DNA from: an uncultured Chloroflexia bacterium
Lineage (GTDB): Bacteria > Chloroflexota > Anaerolineae > CG2-30-64-16
Reading direction: 5' to 3'
Length of the DNA stretch: 64,000 nucleotides
NCBI GenBank assembly: GCA_963810095.1
Contig: CAWEMM010000010.1
Span: forward strand, 64,001-128,000
Shown: positions 10,601 through 19,476 of the stretch, in pieces
Position numbering within the stretch: the first letter of the stretch is position 1
Layout: each line of letters starts with the position of its first letter
Notes under the pieces: generated by a model
What the model was told of the DNA's origin: nothing
The model's input: the letters and a program-made list of their open reading frames with translations, nothing else
Databases searched by the model: none
Program-made: the position numbers and the translations under genes

Positions 10601-10843
10601 CTGACCGAGGTGGCGGTCAAGCCCGTGCGGCACGACATCCCGCAGTTGTACGACCTGGACAATTACGCGGATGCGCGGCGGCCCCAGCCGATCATGCTGA
10701 GCCCGGACGCCCGGCATATGCCGGGCGCGCGCTTCGACGAGGTCGAGCAGTGCTTGCCAGAGCACACGGTGCAGGAGGAGTGCAAACGCTGCCTCCGCTG
10801 CGACCTGGAATGGCTCGAACGCATCGGCGAACCGCTGGTTTGA
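7649..10843 (+). CDS. NuoF/HydB-like FMN/NADH subunit fused to a GltD/NfnB-like FAD/NADPH module
   Basis: N-terminal thioredoxin-like 2Fe-2S Cys; LRGRGGGGF, ADEGDPGAFMDR, ESCGKCPPCRIG; then CVSACPA..ICGRVCPAFCE..C, GAGPCG, GGGDTAMD, YRR, CKRCLRCD. Confidence 0.92.
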   Translation: MMDGERVTQQLDALGARRAAAKRRWETRTIGADLYVTVGMGTCGLAAGADEAVEAIRQETSRRGLNAEIGRVGCVGMCSYEPMIELQAHDKGRMNYGQATAENIPEIFAAYYDGAPLANAVVVGEVVPNATVHAGHLLNTLAFVHPKQHDRIPFQQKQMRVVLSNCGLIDPESLDDYLAMDGYSGLEKALCEMTPEGVIDELVRSGLRGRGGGGFSTGTKWKLARQTQRWPKYVICNADEGDPGAFMDRSTLEGDPHSLVEGMILAGYAIGAEMGYIYCRAEYPLAISRLERALAQARELGLLGEHILGSDFSFDIQVKEGAGAFVCGEETALMASIQGERGQPWPRPPYPAVAGLWGQPSNVNNVKSYAYAPRIIRLGADWFKSLGTESSPGTAVFALSGMVNRTGLIEIPMGVTLGEIIYEIGGGVPDGRKFKAVQTGGPLGGCLPEAYLDTPVDFDSLRAAGAVMGSGGMIVADETTCMVEFSKYFMKFVVDESCGKCPPCRIGSTRMLEILERISVGKGELADIDALKYWADGMQKGSLCALGQLAPSPVMSALRHFEDEFLTHIKEARCQAAGCQMLVRARCVSACPANVDVPAYLSLIAQGRYAEALDVHRDSNPFPSICGRVCPAFCETRCRRGDIDEPIAIRQAKRFMADHEFDVPWTPPKTAPSKGIKVAVIGAGPCGLTAALRLVQRGYQVTVFERMPLPGGMMTYGIPAYRLPREALFAEIEHIWRSGVEFRCNMELGADFTIKSLKDEGYQAIVLSLGAHRSRNLGVKGEDKKGVYHAVQMLRDIASDEPPDLRGKRVIVVGGGDTAMDAARSAWRLGASEVHVVYRRDRGDMPATHEEVEGAIEEGVKFHFLVNPVAVLGDEYVTGIRLQRQRLGEYDSSGRRKPVPVQGAEFDMPCDLLIPAIGQITWVQDESLGIHRAATFDVGKAFELNVPGVFAAGDAVGGPGTVVQSVGHGNLVAKAVDAYLTTGELTEVAVKPVRHDIPQLYDLDNYADARRPQPIMLSPDARHMPGARFDEVEQCLPEHTVQEECKRCLRCDLEWLERIGEPLV

Positions 10844-10852
10844 CTTACTTTC

Positions 10853-10925
10853 AACACAAAGACACCAAGGCACAAAGCTTTTCCGACAGCAGATAAGTGC
10901 CTTCGTGTCGTTGTGCCTTTGTGTT
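10853..10925. repeat. family A palindrome (AACACAAAG/ACACCAAGG/CACAAAG...CTTTGTGTT)
   Basis: Imperfect inverted arms of 9-nt units between the 10843 stop and the 10939 start. Confidence 0.85.
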
Positions 10926-10938
10926 AAAGAGTGCATCC

Positions 10939-13817
10939 ATGACAGTAAACCTCACGATCAATGGGCAGCGAGTTGCTGCGGCGGACGGCAGCACCATCCT
11001 GGAGGCGGCGCGGGCCAACGGCATCCGCATCCCCACGCTGTGCCACCACCCCGACCTGAGCAATGTCGGCGCGTGCCGGCTGTGCGTGGTCACGGTGGAA
11101 CGGGCGCGCGGGTTGCAGACGGCCTGCACCACGCCCGCCATCGACGGCATGGTGGTCAACACGGAGAGCGACGATGCGCGGGCCACCCGCAAGTTCGTCC
11201 TGAACGCGCTGCTGACCGACCACCCCAACGACTGCATGCGCTGCGAGGTTAACGGGGCGTGCGAGCTGCAGGACCTGGTCTATGAGTACGACGTCGAGTG
11301 GCCCGTCCATGACGGCGCACGGCACGAGTACCCGGTTAATCCCGATCCCAACCCGTTCATCTTTATCGATCGCAACAAGTGCATCCTGTGCACCCGGTGC
11401 GTGCGCGCGTGCGCGGAGATCCAGAACCGGGACGTGTGGGCCATCTCGAGCCGCGGCTTCAAGAGCAAGCTCGTGGCAGGCGCCGACCAGGACCTGCTGG
11501 CTGCGAACTGCGAGAGCTGCGGCCAGTGCGTCTCCTATTGTCCGGTGGGCGCGCTCTACGACAAAATGAGCGTGGGTCTTGGCCGGCCGACCCAGGTGAC
11601 CAAGGTCCGCACGACCTGTTCCTACTGCGGCGTGGGGTGCAACTACGATCTGAATGTCCGCAACGGCCGCATCGTGCGGGTCACAAGCGCCAGCGACGCA
11701 CCGGTGAACGGACGGGCGCTCTGCGTCAAGGGCCGCTACGGATACGATTACGTGCACCACCGTGAGCGGCTCACCCGGCCGCTGGTCCGTGCCAAGTGGT
11801 TGAATCCGGGCGAGCTGGCAGAGAAGGTGCAGAGCGGGGAGTGGACTACCCGGACGCTCGGCGCGCCCGAGCCGAAGAAGCGGAAGGGAAAGGACCTTCG
11901 GGGTCTTCAAGACCCTGAAGGTCTGGGTTCGCCCGCCGAGTACGTCGAGGTCGATTGGGACACTGCGCTCGACGTCGTGACGCGCAAGTGGGCGGCAGGT
12001 TAAGGCGGAGAGCGGGGGCGGCGCGTTTGCCATCCTGACCTCGGCCAAGTGCACGAATGAAGAGAATTTCCTCGTCAACAAGCTGGGAAGGCAGGTGTTG
12101 GGCACAAACAGCATCGACCACTGTGCCCGGTTGTGACACAGCGCAACTGTCGCCGGTCTGGCGACCAGCTTTGGCAGCGGGGCGATGACGAACTCGATCC
12201 GCGACATCGCCGAACAGAGCAAGGTCATCTTCATCATCGGCTCAAACACGACCGAGCAGCATCCGGTCATCGGCATTAAGATCCGCCGGGCGAAGCGCAT
12301 TCGCGGGGCGAAGCTGATCGTTGCGGATCCCCGCAAGATCGACATCGCGCGCTATGCGGATTTGCACCTGCGCCACAAGCCGGGCACCGACATCGCACTG
12401 CTAAACGGCATCATGCACATTCTCCTGCGCGACGGCTGGGAGGACAAAGAGTTTATCGCCAGCCGCACCGAGGGCTTTGAGGCGCTCGTCGAGACGGTCG
12501 CCAAGTACACCCCGGAAGTGGCGAGCGAGATCACGGGCGTGCCGGTCGGTCAACTCGAGCAGGCTGCGAAGATGCTGGGCGAGAACCGCCCCGGCAGCCT
12601 CTTGTACGCGATGGGCATCACGCAGCACATCGTCGGCGTGCAAAACGTCGTGTCGTGCGCCAATCTCCAAATGCTCCTGGGCAACATGGGCGTTCCCGGG
12701 GGCGGCGTGAACCCGCTGCGCGGGCAGAACAATGTGCAGGGTGCATGTGACATGGGCGGCCTGCCCAACTACTACCCCGGCTACCAGCACGTCACGGACG
12801 CGGCCGCGCAGGAAAAGTTTGAAAAGGCCTGGGGCGCACCCCTGGTGGGGAAGGTCGGGCTCACCGTAACCGAAATGCTGACGGGCGTCGAGACGGGCCA
12901 GGTGCGGTGCCTGTACGTGATCGGCGAGAACCCCATGACCTCGGACCCCGACCTGAACCACGTCAAGCACGCGCTGCGACAGAGCGAGTTCATGGTGCTG
13001 CAGGAGATCTTCCCGAGCGAGACCGCGCAGTATGCCGACGTGGTGCTGCCCGCGGCAAGCTGGGCCGAGAAGGAAGGCACGTTCACGAACACCGAGCGGC
13101 GTATCCAGCGCGTTCGCAAGGCGGTCCCACCTCCCGGTGAGGCCAAGCTGGACAGTTGGATCGTAACGCAGCTGGCGAAGCGGATGGTAGCCCTGGGTGC
13201 GGCAGCGCCCGACCCCGATGCGCCGTGGCACGACTGGGAATACGCGACCGTGCAAGACGTCATTGCCGAGATCAACGCGCTCGACACCCATCTACGCGGG
13301 TGTGACGTATGACCGCATCGAGGGCGGCAGCCAGCTTCAGTGGCCGGTGCGAGGGAAAGAGCATCCCGGCACCCCCGTGCTGCACGTGGGCCAGTTCAGC
13401 CGCGGCCTGGGTCGCTTCATCGCGGCGGAGCACATCCCGCCCGCCGAGCTTCCCGATACCGAGTACCCGCTGCTGCTGACCACGGGCCGGGTGATCTACC
13501 ACTGGCACGGTGCAGAGATGACCCGGCGGGCGTCTGGGCTGAACAAGGTGTATCCTGAGGCGCTAATCGAGGTGAGCCCCAAGGACGCGCAGGCCGCGGG
13601 TGTGCGCGACGGCGACATGATCAAACTCGAGTCGAGGCGCGGGGAGATCGTCGCGAAGGCGCAGGTGACCACCCGCGTCGGGGCAGGTCTGGTCTTCGCC
13701 ACCTTCCACTTCCCCGAGTCGGCGGCGAACTTCCTGACGATTGCCGCGCTCGATCCGACCGCCAAGATCCCCGAGTTCAAGGTGTGCGCGGTGAAGATGA
13801 GCAAAGAGACCGATTAA
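10939..13817 (+). CDS. fdhF: selenocysteine-containing Mo/W formate dehydrogenase alpha subunit with NuoG-like N-terminus; frameshifts near 11995 and 13280
   Basis: [80 protein letters not shown]. Confidence 0.92.
11893..11923. repeat. in-frame palindrome inside fdh (codes [10 protein letters not shown])
   Basis: GACCTTCGGGGTC-TTCAA-GACCCTGAAGGTC, a 13-bp stem with one G-T pair. Confidence 0.6.
12134..12168 (+). promoter_or_regulatory. Sec UGA codon (12134-12136) and bacterial SECIS hairpin
   Basis: TGA CAC AGC GCA ACT GTCGCC-GGTCT-GGCGAC; position and GGUCU loop match the E. coli fdhF SECIS. Confidence 0.88.
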
Positions 13818-13822
13818 GCCGG

Positions 13823-13855
13823 ACGTGCCCGGCGCCTAGGGGGCGCCGGGCACGT
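13823..13855 (+). terminator. GC-rich hairpin after fdh
   Basis: ACGTGCCCGGCGCC-loop-GGCGCCGGGCACGT; no U-tract. Confidence 0.55.
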
Positions 13856-13997
13856 GAAACAAGCCGGCCCGGCGACGCGTCGCCGGCACCTTGGCCCCCC
13901 CGGCCCAGGGGAAGCGGAGGGCATTCTTTGACGCTTCACCCGGCCTTTGTTATCATTCGTTAATACCCTCACAATTCGTTTTCCTCTGGAGCTGCCA

Positions 13998-14624
13998 GTG
14001 AAATTCTCATTTCTGCCCGTCGAAGGAAAGTTCTTCGACTTATTCGCCGCGGCGACGACGAACCTGCTCGACGCCGCCCGGCTTCTGCAGCGTATCTTCG
14101 AGGATTATCACGACGTCGAGGACGCCGTGGCGCAGATGACCGAGCTGGAGCACAAGGGCGACTTTATCGTTCATGAAGTCACCAACCTGCTGCCGCGCAC
14201 CCTGATCACCCCGTTCGATCCCGACGACATCCAGCGCATCATCGACGCGATCGACGACACCCTGGACACCATGCATGCGGCGGTTGGGCGGCTGGCCATT
14301 TACCAGGTGCTGGAGATTAAGAAGCCGGCGAAACGCCTTGCGAAACTGGTCGTCGAAGGCGCAACCGAGCTCGACGTGGCGATTAAGGGGCTGCAGGACA
14401 AGAAGCAGTACGCCCAGGTCAAGGAGCGCATCGTCCAGATCAACACCTTGGAAAACACGGGCGACCGGATCCTGGAAGATGGGCTGCGCAGCCTGGTCGA
14501 GCGCAGGGAAGACTTGTTCGACCTGATCCGCTGGAAAGAGATTTACGAGCTGCTGGAGCAGGCCACCGATCGGCTCGAGGACGCGGGCGACGTCATCCAG
14601 AGGATCATGATCGCCAATGCCTGA
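13998..14624 (+). CDS. DUF47 (PhoU-like) Pit accessory protein
   Basis: FFDLF, LEHKGD, ITPFDPDDI, LEN.GD, WKEIYELLE.ATDR.ED. Confidence 0.9.
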   Translation: MKFSFLPVEGKFFDLFAAATTNLLDAARLLQRIFEDYHDVEDAVAQMTELEHKGDFIVHEVTNLLPRTLITPFDPDDIQRIIDAIDDTLDTMHAAVGRLAIYQVLEIKKPAKRLAKLVVEGATELDVAIKGLQDKKQYAQVKERIVQINTLENTGDRILEDGLRSLVERREDLFDLIRWKEIYELLEQATDRLEDAGDVIQRIMIANA

Positions 14625-15639
14625 AGCCACGCTGTTCGCGGTCCTCGCGATTATCGCGATTGCCCTCATCTTTGACTTCATCAACGGGTTTCACGATGCC
14701 GCGAACTCCATCGCGACGATCGTCTCGACGCGCGTGCTGACGCCTTTACAGGGCGTCTGTTGGGCGGCCTTTTTCAACTTCCTGGCCGCGTTTCTCTTCG
14801 GCACCGCCGTGGCAAAGACGGTGGGTGCCGGGCTCGTTAATGTGAACGAGGTCAACTATCAGGTGATCTTTGCCGGTCTTGTCGGCGCGATCGTGTGGGA
14901 TCTTCTAACCTGGTACTGGGGCTTGCCCGTGAGTTCGTCCCAGGCACTCATCGGCGCCTACGGCGGCGCCGCCGTCGCAATGGCGGGTTGGCAGGTCCTC
15001 ATTCCGGCCGGCTGGATCAAGACGCTCGCCTTCATCGTGATCGCGCCCGTCCTCGGCTGGCTCTTAGGCAGCGCGTTCATGATCATCATCTACTGGCTGT
15101 TTCGGAACGCAACACCCGCCTTTGCAGACCGGTTCTTCCGCCGCGGGCAGCTGGTCTCGGCTGCTATGTACAGTCTGGGCCACGGCGGCAACGACGCGCA
15201 GAAGACGATGGGCATCATCGCCGGGTTGTTATATACCGTGCCGCAGTATCAACACCTGGTTACCAACGCGGCCGGGCAACTCTTCATCCCTTTTTGGATC
15301 GTGCTAATGGCCCATGCGGCGATCGCACTCGGCACATTGTCGGGCGGCTGGCGCATCATCCACACCATGGGCAGCAAGATCACGAAGTTGGTGCCTATGG
15401 GCGGTTTTGCCGCGGAGACGGCCGGAGCCATCACCATCTTCTCCTCCACTGCACTCGGAATCCCCGTGTCCACCACCCAAATCATCACGGGCGCCATCGT
15501 CGGGGTCGGGTCGATCCGCCGGCGTCGGGCCGTCCGCTGGGGTGTCGCCAGCCAGATCGTGTGGGCCTGGCTCCTCACGATCCCCGTCTCGGCGTTCTTC
15601 GGCGCAGGCGTGTACCGGCTGATCGCGCTGTTCCGCTAG
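14617..15639 (+). CDS. pit: PiT-family inorganic phosphate transporter
   Basis: NGFHDAANSIAT, GLPVSSS, HGGNDAQKTMG, GIPVSTT. Confidence 0.95.
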   Translation: MPEATLFAVLAIIAIALIFDFINGFHDAANSIATIVSTRVLTPLQGVCWAAFFNFLAAFLFGTAVAKTVGAGLVNVNEVNYQVIFAGLVGAIVWDLLTWYWGLPVSSSQALIGAYGGAAVAMAGWQVLIPAGWIKTLAFIVIAPVLGWLLGSAFMIIIYWLFRNATPAFADRFFRRGQLVSAAMYSLGHGGNDAQKTMGIIAGLLYTVPQYQHLVTNAAGQLFIPFWIVLMAHAAIALGTLSGGWRIIHTMGSKITKLVPMGGFAAETAGAITIFSSTALGIPVSTTQIITGAIVGVGSIRRRRAVRWGVASQIVWAWLLTIPVSAFFGAGVYRLIALFR

Positions 15640-15715
15640 AACTCTTCCTCGTCGTGGCCTCGGCTGCTCCGCAATTTCCGGCGGATCAGCGGCGGGGCCG
15701 CGGCGCGTTTGCCCC

Positions 15716-15750
15716 TTGACGCCCCTGGTGCTTAGTGATACAGTTCACTT
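15716..15750 (+). promoter_or_regulatory. sigma70 promoter of the hdr-mvh operon overlapped by an AGTGA-N6-TCACT palindrome
   Basis: TTGACG(15716)-17 bp-TACAGT(15739); TAGTGATACAGTTCACTT is centred on the -10. Confidence 0.55.
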
Positions 15751-15813
15751 AGTAGGTCCCTCTTAACAACTCACCTGGTGCGTTTCCGTGTTTGCCCGCG
15801 AAGGAGCTCGCAC

Positions 15814-16392
15814 ATGACCGATCCTTCCCCTCCGATCCTCGAGCAATTCGACTTTCTCGATGAGGTGCAGGCGCGCACCCCCGGCGAATCGCGCCTCCTC
15901 ATGTGCATCCAGTGCGGCACGTGTGGAGGTTCGTGCCCCTCTGGCGCCGACATGGAACATACCCCCCGCGGCATCTTCGCCATGATTCGAGCGAACATGC
16001 GAGAAGATGTCTTGCGGAGCAACACGCCCTGGTACTGCGTCTCCTGCTACTACTGCACGGTCCGCTGCCCCCAGGACGTGCATATTACCGACATCATGTA
16101 CACGCTCAAGCGTATGGCCGTCGAAGCGCGACTGTACGAAGAGCCGGCCGCCCCCGACTTCTCCAAAGTCTTCATCAACTGGGTCGAGAACTACGGCCGC
16201 GCCTTCGAGCTGGGCCTGATGTCGCAGCACATGCTCCGGCATAATCCGCTCGGGGTGTTTAAAATCGCCGACATGGGCTTCGGGATGGTTACTAAGGGCC
16301 GCATGGCCTTCACGCCCAAGCGCATCCGCGACATTCAGGGGCTGAAGGCGATCATTGCCCGGGCCAAAGAGCTGGAGGCGGTCCATGCCTGA
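15814..16392 (+). CDS. hdrC: heterodisulfide reductase subunit C
   Basis: CIQCGTCGGSCP and CVSCYYCTVRCP, directly upstream of hdrB. Confidence 0.92.
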   Translation: MTDPSPPILEQFDFLDEVQARTPGESRLLMCIQCGTCGGSCPSGADMEHTPRGIFAMIRANMREDVLRSNTPWYCVSCYYCTVRCPQDVHITDIMYTLKRMAVEARLYEEPAAPDFSKVFINWVENYGRAFELGLMSQHMLRHNPLGVFKIADMGFGMVTKGRMAFTPKRIRDIQGLKAIIARAKELEAVHA

Positions 16393-17419
16393 CCTCATCT
16401 ACAACTACTTCCCCGGCTGCTCCCTCGAGCGCAACGCCGAGGCCTACCACAAGAGCTCGATCGCCGCGGCCGAGGTGCTTGGCATGCACTTCCGCGAGAT
16501 CGATGACTGGAACTGCTGTGGCGCGACCGAGTACATTTCGCTACACATGCTGGCGTCCTACTCCCTCATCGCGCGCAACCTGGCTCAGGCCGTAAAGAGC
16601 GACGGTGCGCGGGACCTTGTAGCGCCCTGCAGCGCGTGTTACCTCAACCTCAAGAAGACCGACAAGTACATGCGGGGAGACCCGGTGCTGGCCGGGCGGG
16701 TGAACGCCGCACTGGCGGCGGGCGGTCTCTCCTATAAGCCCGGCTCGGTGCATGTGCGCCACCTGCTCGACGTCGTGATGGAAGACGTCGGCTGCGCCGG
16801 CATCAAGTCACATGTGACCCGGCCGCTGAAGGGCCTCCGAGTGGCGCCCTACTACGGCTGCCTCATCTCCCGACCCGGCCTGCGCGTCGACGAGCACAAC
16901 CCCGAATACCCCATGATCCTGGACGAGTTGCTCGGCTGCCTGGGTGCGCACGTGGTCGACTTCCCCCTGAAAACTCACTGCTGTGGCGGCCACATGACGC
17001 AAATCTCCGAGGGGACAGGTTTCGAGCTGATTCGCCGCCTGGTCAAGGGCGCGGCCGACTATCAGGCCGACATGATTGTAACCGTCTGCCCGATGTGCCA
17101 ACTCAACCTGGATGCGTTCCAGGGCGCCATGAACCGGTACTTCAAGACCGCCTACAGCGTGCCTGTGCTCTACTTTACCCAGATGATGGGCCTCGCGTTC
17201 GGCCTGAATGCGGAGACCTTGGGGATCGGCGCGGAGCTGGTGGACGCGCGACCGGCCTTGGCAAAGATCGGCGTCGAGGTGCCGCCGGCTGCGCCTGGCG
17301 CAACGGAAGGCGGTTCGAAGCGGAAGCGGGACGACAAGTCCCTTCCAATGCCCAAGATGCCGGCCCATAGCAGCGAGGGCGCGCCGCCGACCCAGCCTCA
17401 AGAGGAGGTTCGGCGATGA
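16385..17419 (+). CDS. hdrB: heterodisulfide reductase subunit B
   Basis: YFPGC, WNCCG, CSAC, YYGC, CCGG, CPMC (two CCG domains). Confidence 0.93.
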   Translation: MPDLIYNYFPGCSLERNAEAYHKSSIAAAEVLGMHFREIDDWNCCGATEYISLHMLASYSLIARNLAQAVKSDGARDLVAPCSACYLNLKKTDKYMRGDPVLAGRVNAALAAGGLSYKPGSVHVRHLLDVVMEDVGCAGIKSHVTRPLKGLRVAPYYGCLISRPGLRVDEHNPEYPMILDELLGCLGAHVVDFPLKTHCCGGHMTQISEGTGFELIRRLVKGAADYQADMIVTVCPMCQLNLDAFQGAMNRYFKTAYSVPVLYFTQMMGLAFGLNAETLGIGAELVDARPALAKIGVEVPPAAPGATEGGSKRKRDDKSLPMPKMPAHSSEGAPPTQPQEEVRR

Positions 17420-19476
17420 ACGCGGATCAAAACTCCGAGTCTCCTCGCATCGGCGTCTACGTGTGCCACTGCGGCAGCAACATCGCGGGCATGGTGGACT
17501 GCCCCGGGGTGGCGCAGTGGGCGTGCCCTGGTGGGGGGCAGGAAAACCTGCCCCACGTGGTGGTGGCGCGGGATAACAAGTTCATGTGCTCGAGCCTGGG
17601 CCAGGAGATGATCGAGAAGGACATCCACGAGCTCGGGCTGAACCGGGTGGTAGTGGCTGCCTGTTCCCCTCACCTGCACGAAGCCACGTTCCGGGGCGCG
17701 TGCCAGCGGGCGGGGCTCAACCCGTTCTTGTTCGACATGGTGTCCATCCGTGAGCAAGTCTCCTGGGTCAATCGTGACCCAGTGATTGCGACCGAGAAGG
17801 CCAGGGCGCTGATCTCGGGCGCCGTGCGCCGGGTGGCCCACAACGAGCCGCTCGACCCCATCACCGTCAAGATCGACCCCCACGTATTGGTGGTGGGCGG
17901 CGGGATCGCCGGCATCCAGGCCGCGCTGGAGATCGCGGACGCGGGCTATCATGTGTACCTGGTGGAGCGGGAGCCGAGCCTCGGCGGCCACATGGCCCAG
18001 TTCGACAAGACGTTCCCTACGCTCGACTGCTCGGCCTGCATCCTGACGCCGAAGATGTTCACGGCAGGCAACCACAAGAACATCACCCTGCTCAGCTACA
18101 GCGAGGTCGAGAAGGTCGACGGCTACATCGGCAACTTCACCGTGAAGATCCGCAAGCGGGCGCGCAAGATCGACACTGCCCTGTGCACGGGGTGCGGTCT
18201 GTGCGAGGAGAAGTGCCCGAAGAAGGTGGTCGATGAGGTATTCGAGGCGGGCCTGGGCTACCGGAAGGCCATCTACCGCCCGTTCCCCCAGGCTGTGCCC
18301 AAGTACCCGGTGATCGACACTGAGAACTGCACGTTCTACCAGCGGGGGACTTGCAAGGCATGTCAAAAGTTCTGCCCCACGGGCGCCATCGACTTCCAGC
18401 AGGAGGACGAGATCGTCGAGGTGAGCGTCGGGAATATCATCCTGGCCACCGGCTTCGACCTGTTCGACTGCCGCCGCATCCCCCAGTACGGCTACGGCCG
18501 CCTCGCCAACGTCTTCACGAGCCTGGAGTTCGAGCGGCTGTCGAACGCGGCCGGGCCGACAGGCGGGAAGGTAGTGCTGCGCGACGGCGTGACGGTGCCC
18601 AAGAACGTCTGTATTATCCACTGCGCGGGCAGCCGCGATCGCAACTATAACAAGTACTGCTCCGCCATCTGCTGCATGCAGTCGCTGAAATTCGCCCACC
18701 TGGTGAAGGAGCGGACCGGCGCCCGGGTCTACAACTGCTACATCGACATCCGTACCCCGGCCAAAGCCTACGATGAGTTCTACCAGCATATCATCGAAGA
18801 GGGGATCATCTTCGTGCGCGGCAAGGTGGCCGAGGTGACGGACGCCGCCCGGCTGGCGGGCGAGGAGGGCAAGCTCATCGTCCAGGTGGAAGACACGCTG
18901 GTGGGCAAGCAGCGCCGTATCCCGGTCGACATGGTGATCCTCTCCGCCGGGCTTGAGCCGCGCTTCGACGCGAAGGAAGTCGGTAAGAAATTCGGCATTT
19001 CGTGCAGCATGGACGGCTGGTTCATCGAGCGGCACCCAAAGCTGGATCCGGTCGCGACCATGACCGACGGGATCTTCATCGCCGGCGCGTGCCAGGGGCC
19101 AAAGGACATCCCGGCGGCGGTCAGCCAGGGTGCGGCCGCTGCGGCTCGCGTGCAGGGATTGATCAGCCAGCGGGAGATCACACTCGAGCCCGTGCGGGCG
19201 CGAGTGGACGAAGCGAAGTGCTCCGGCTGTCGCATCTGTAACAGCATGTGTCCCTTCAACGCCATCTCGTTCCACGAGGATACGATGGTTACCGAGATCA
19301 ACCCGGCGTTGTGCCAGGGCTGCGGCACCTGCGTCGCAGCATGTCCGGCCGGCGCGATCCGGGGCACGCACTTCAGCGACGAACAGATCATGGCCCAGAT
19401 CGAGGGCATCTTGCTGCGGAACGGTACGCAGAAGGCGATAGAAACTGGGTTTCTGAAGGAGGTGGCTTATGCCTGA
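17416..19476 (+). CDS. hdrA: heterodisulfide reductase subunit A (bifurcating FAD/FeS)
   Basis: GVYVCHCG, AACSP, GGGIAG, KTFPTLDCSAC, HCAGSRD...YCSAICC, C-terminal ferredoxin. Confidence 0.95.
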   Translation: MNADQNSESPRIGVYVCHCGSNIAGMVDCPGVAQWACPGGGQENLPHVVVARDNKFMCSSLGQEMIEKDIHELGLNRVVVAACSPHLHEATFRGACQRAGLNPFLFDMVSIREQVSWVNRDPVIATEKARALISGAVRRVAHNEPLDPITVKIDPHVLVVGGGIAGIQAALEIADAGYHVYLVEREPSLGGHMAQFDKTFPTLDCSACILTPKMFTAGNHKNITLLSYSEVEKVDGYIGNFTVKIRKRARKIDTALCTGCGLCEEKCPKKVVDEVFEAGLGYRKAIYRPFPQAVPKYPVIDTENCTFYQRGTCKACQKFCPTGAIDFQQEDEIVEVSVGNIILATGFDLFDCRRIPQYGYGRLANVFTSLEFERLSNAAGPTGGKVVLRDGVTVPKNVCIIHCAGSRDRNYNKYCSAICCMQSLKFAHLVKERTGARVYNCYIDIRTPAKAYDEFYQHIIEEGIIFVRGKVAEVTDAARLAGEEGKLIVQVEDTLVGKQRRIPVDMVILSAGLEPRFDAKEVGKKFGISCSMDGWFIERHPKLDPVATMTDGIFIAGACQGPKDIPAAVSQGAAAAARVQGLISQREITLEPVRARVDEAKCSGCRICNSMCPFNAISFHEDTMVTEINPALCQGCGTCVAACPAGAIRGTHFSDEQIMAQIEGILLRNGTQKAIETGFLKEVAYA

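Noticed and set aside
12185-13312. ORFs 10897..12003, 12185..13312 and 13197..13817 as separate genes
   Set aside because: They are consecutive parts of one FdhF, joined by two indels and the Sec codon.
13947-13980. Pho-box-like direct repeats upstream of DUF47-pit
   Set aside because: The region is AT-rich but the repeats are too degenerate to call by eye.
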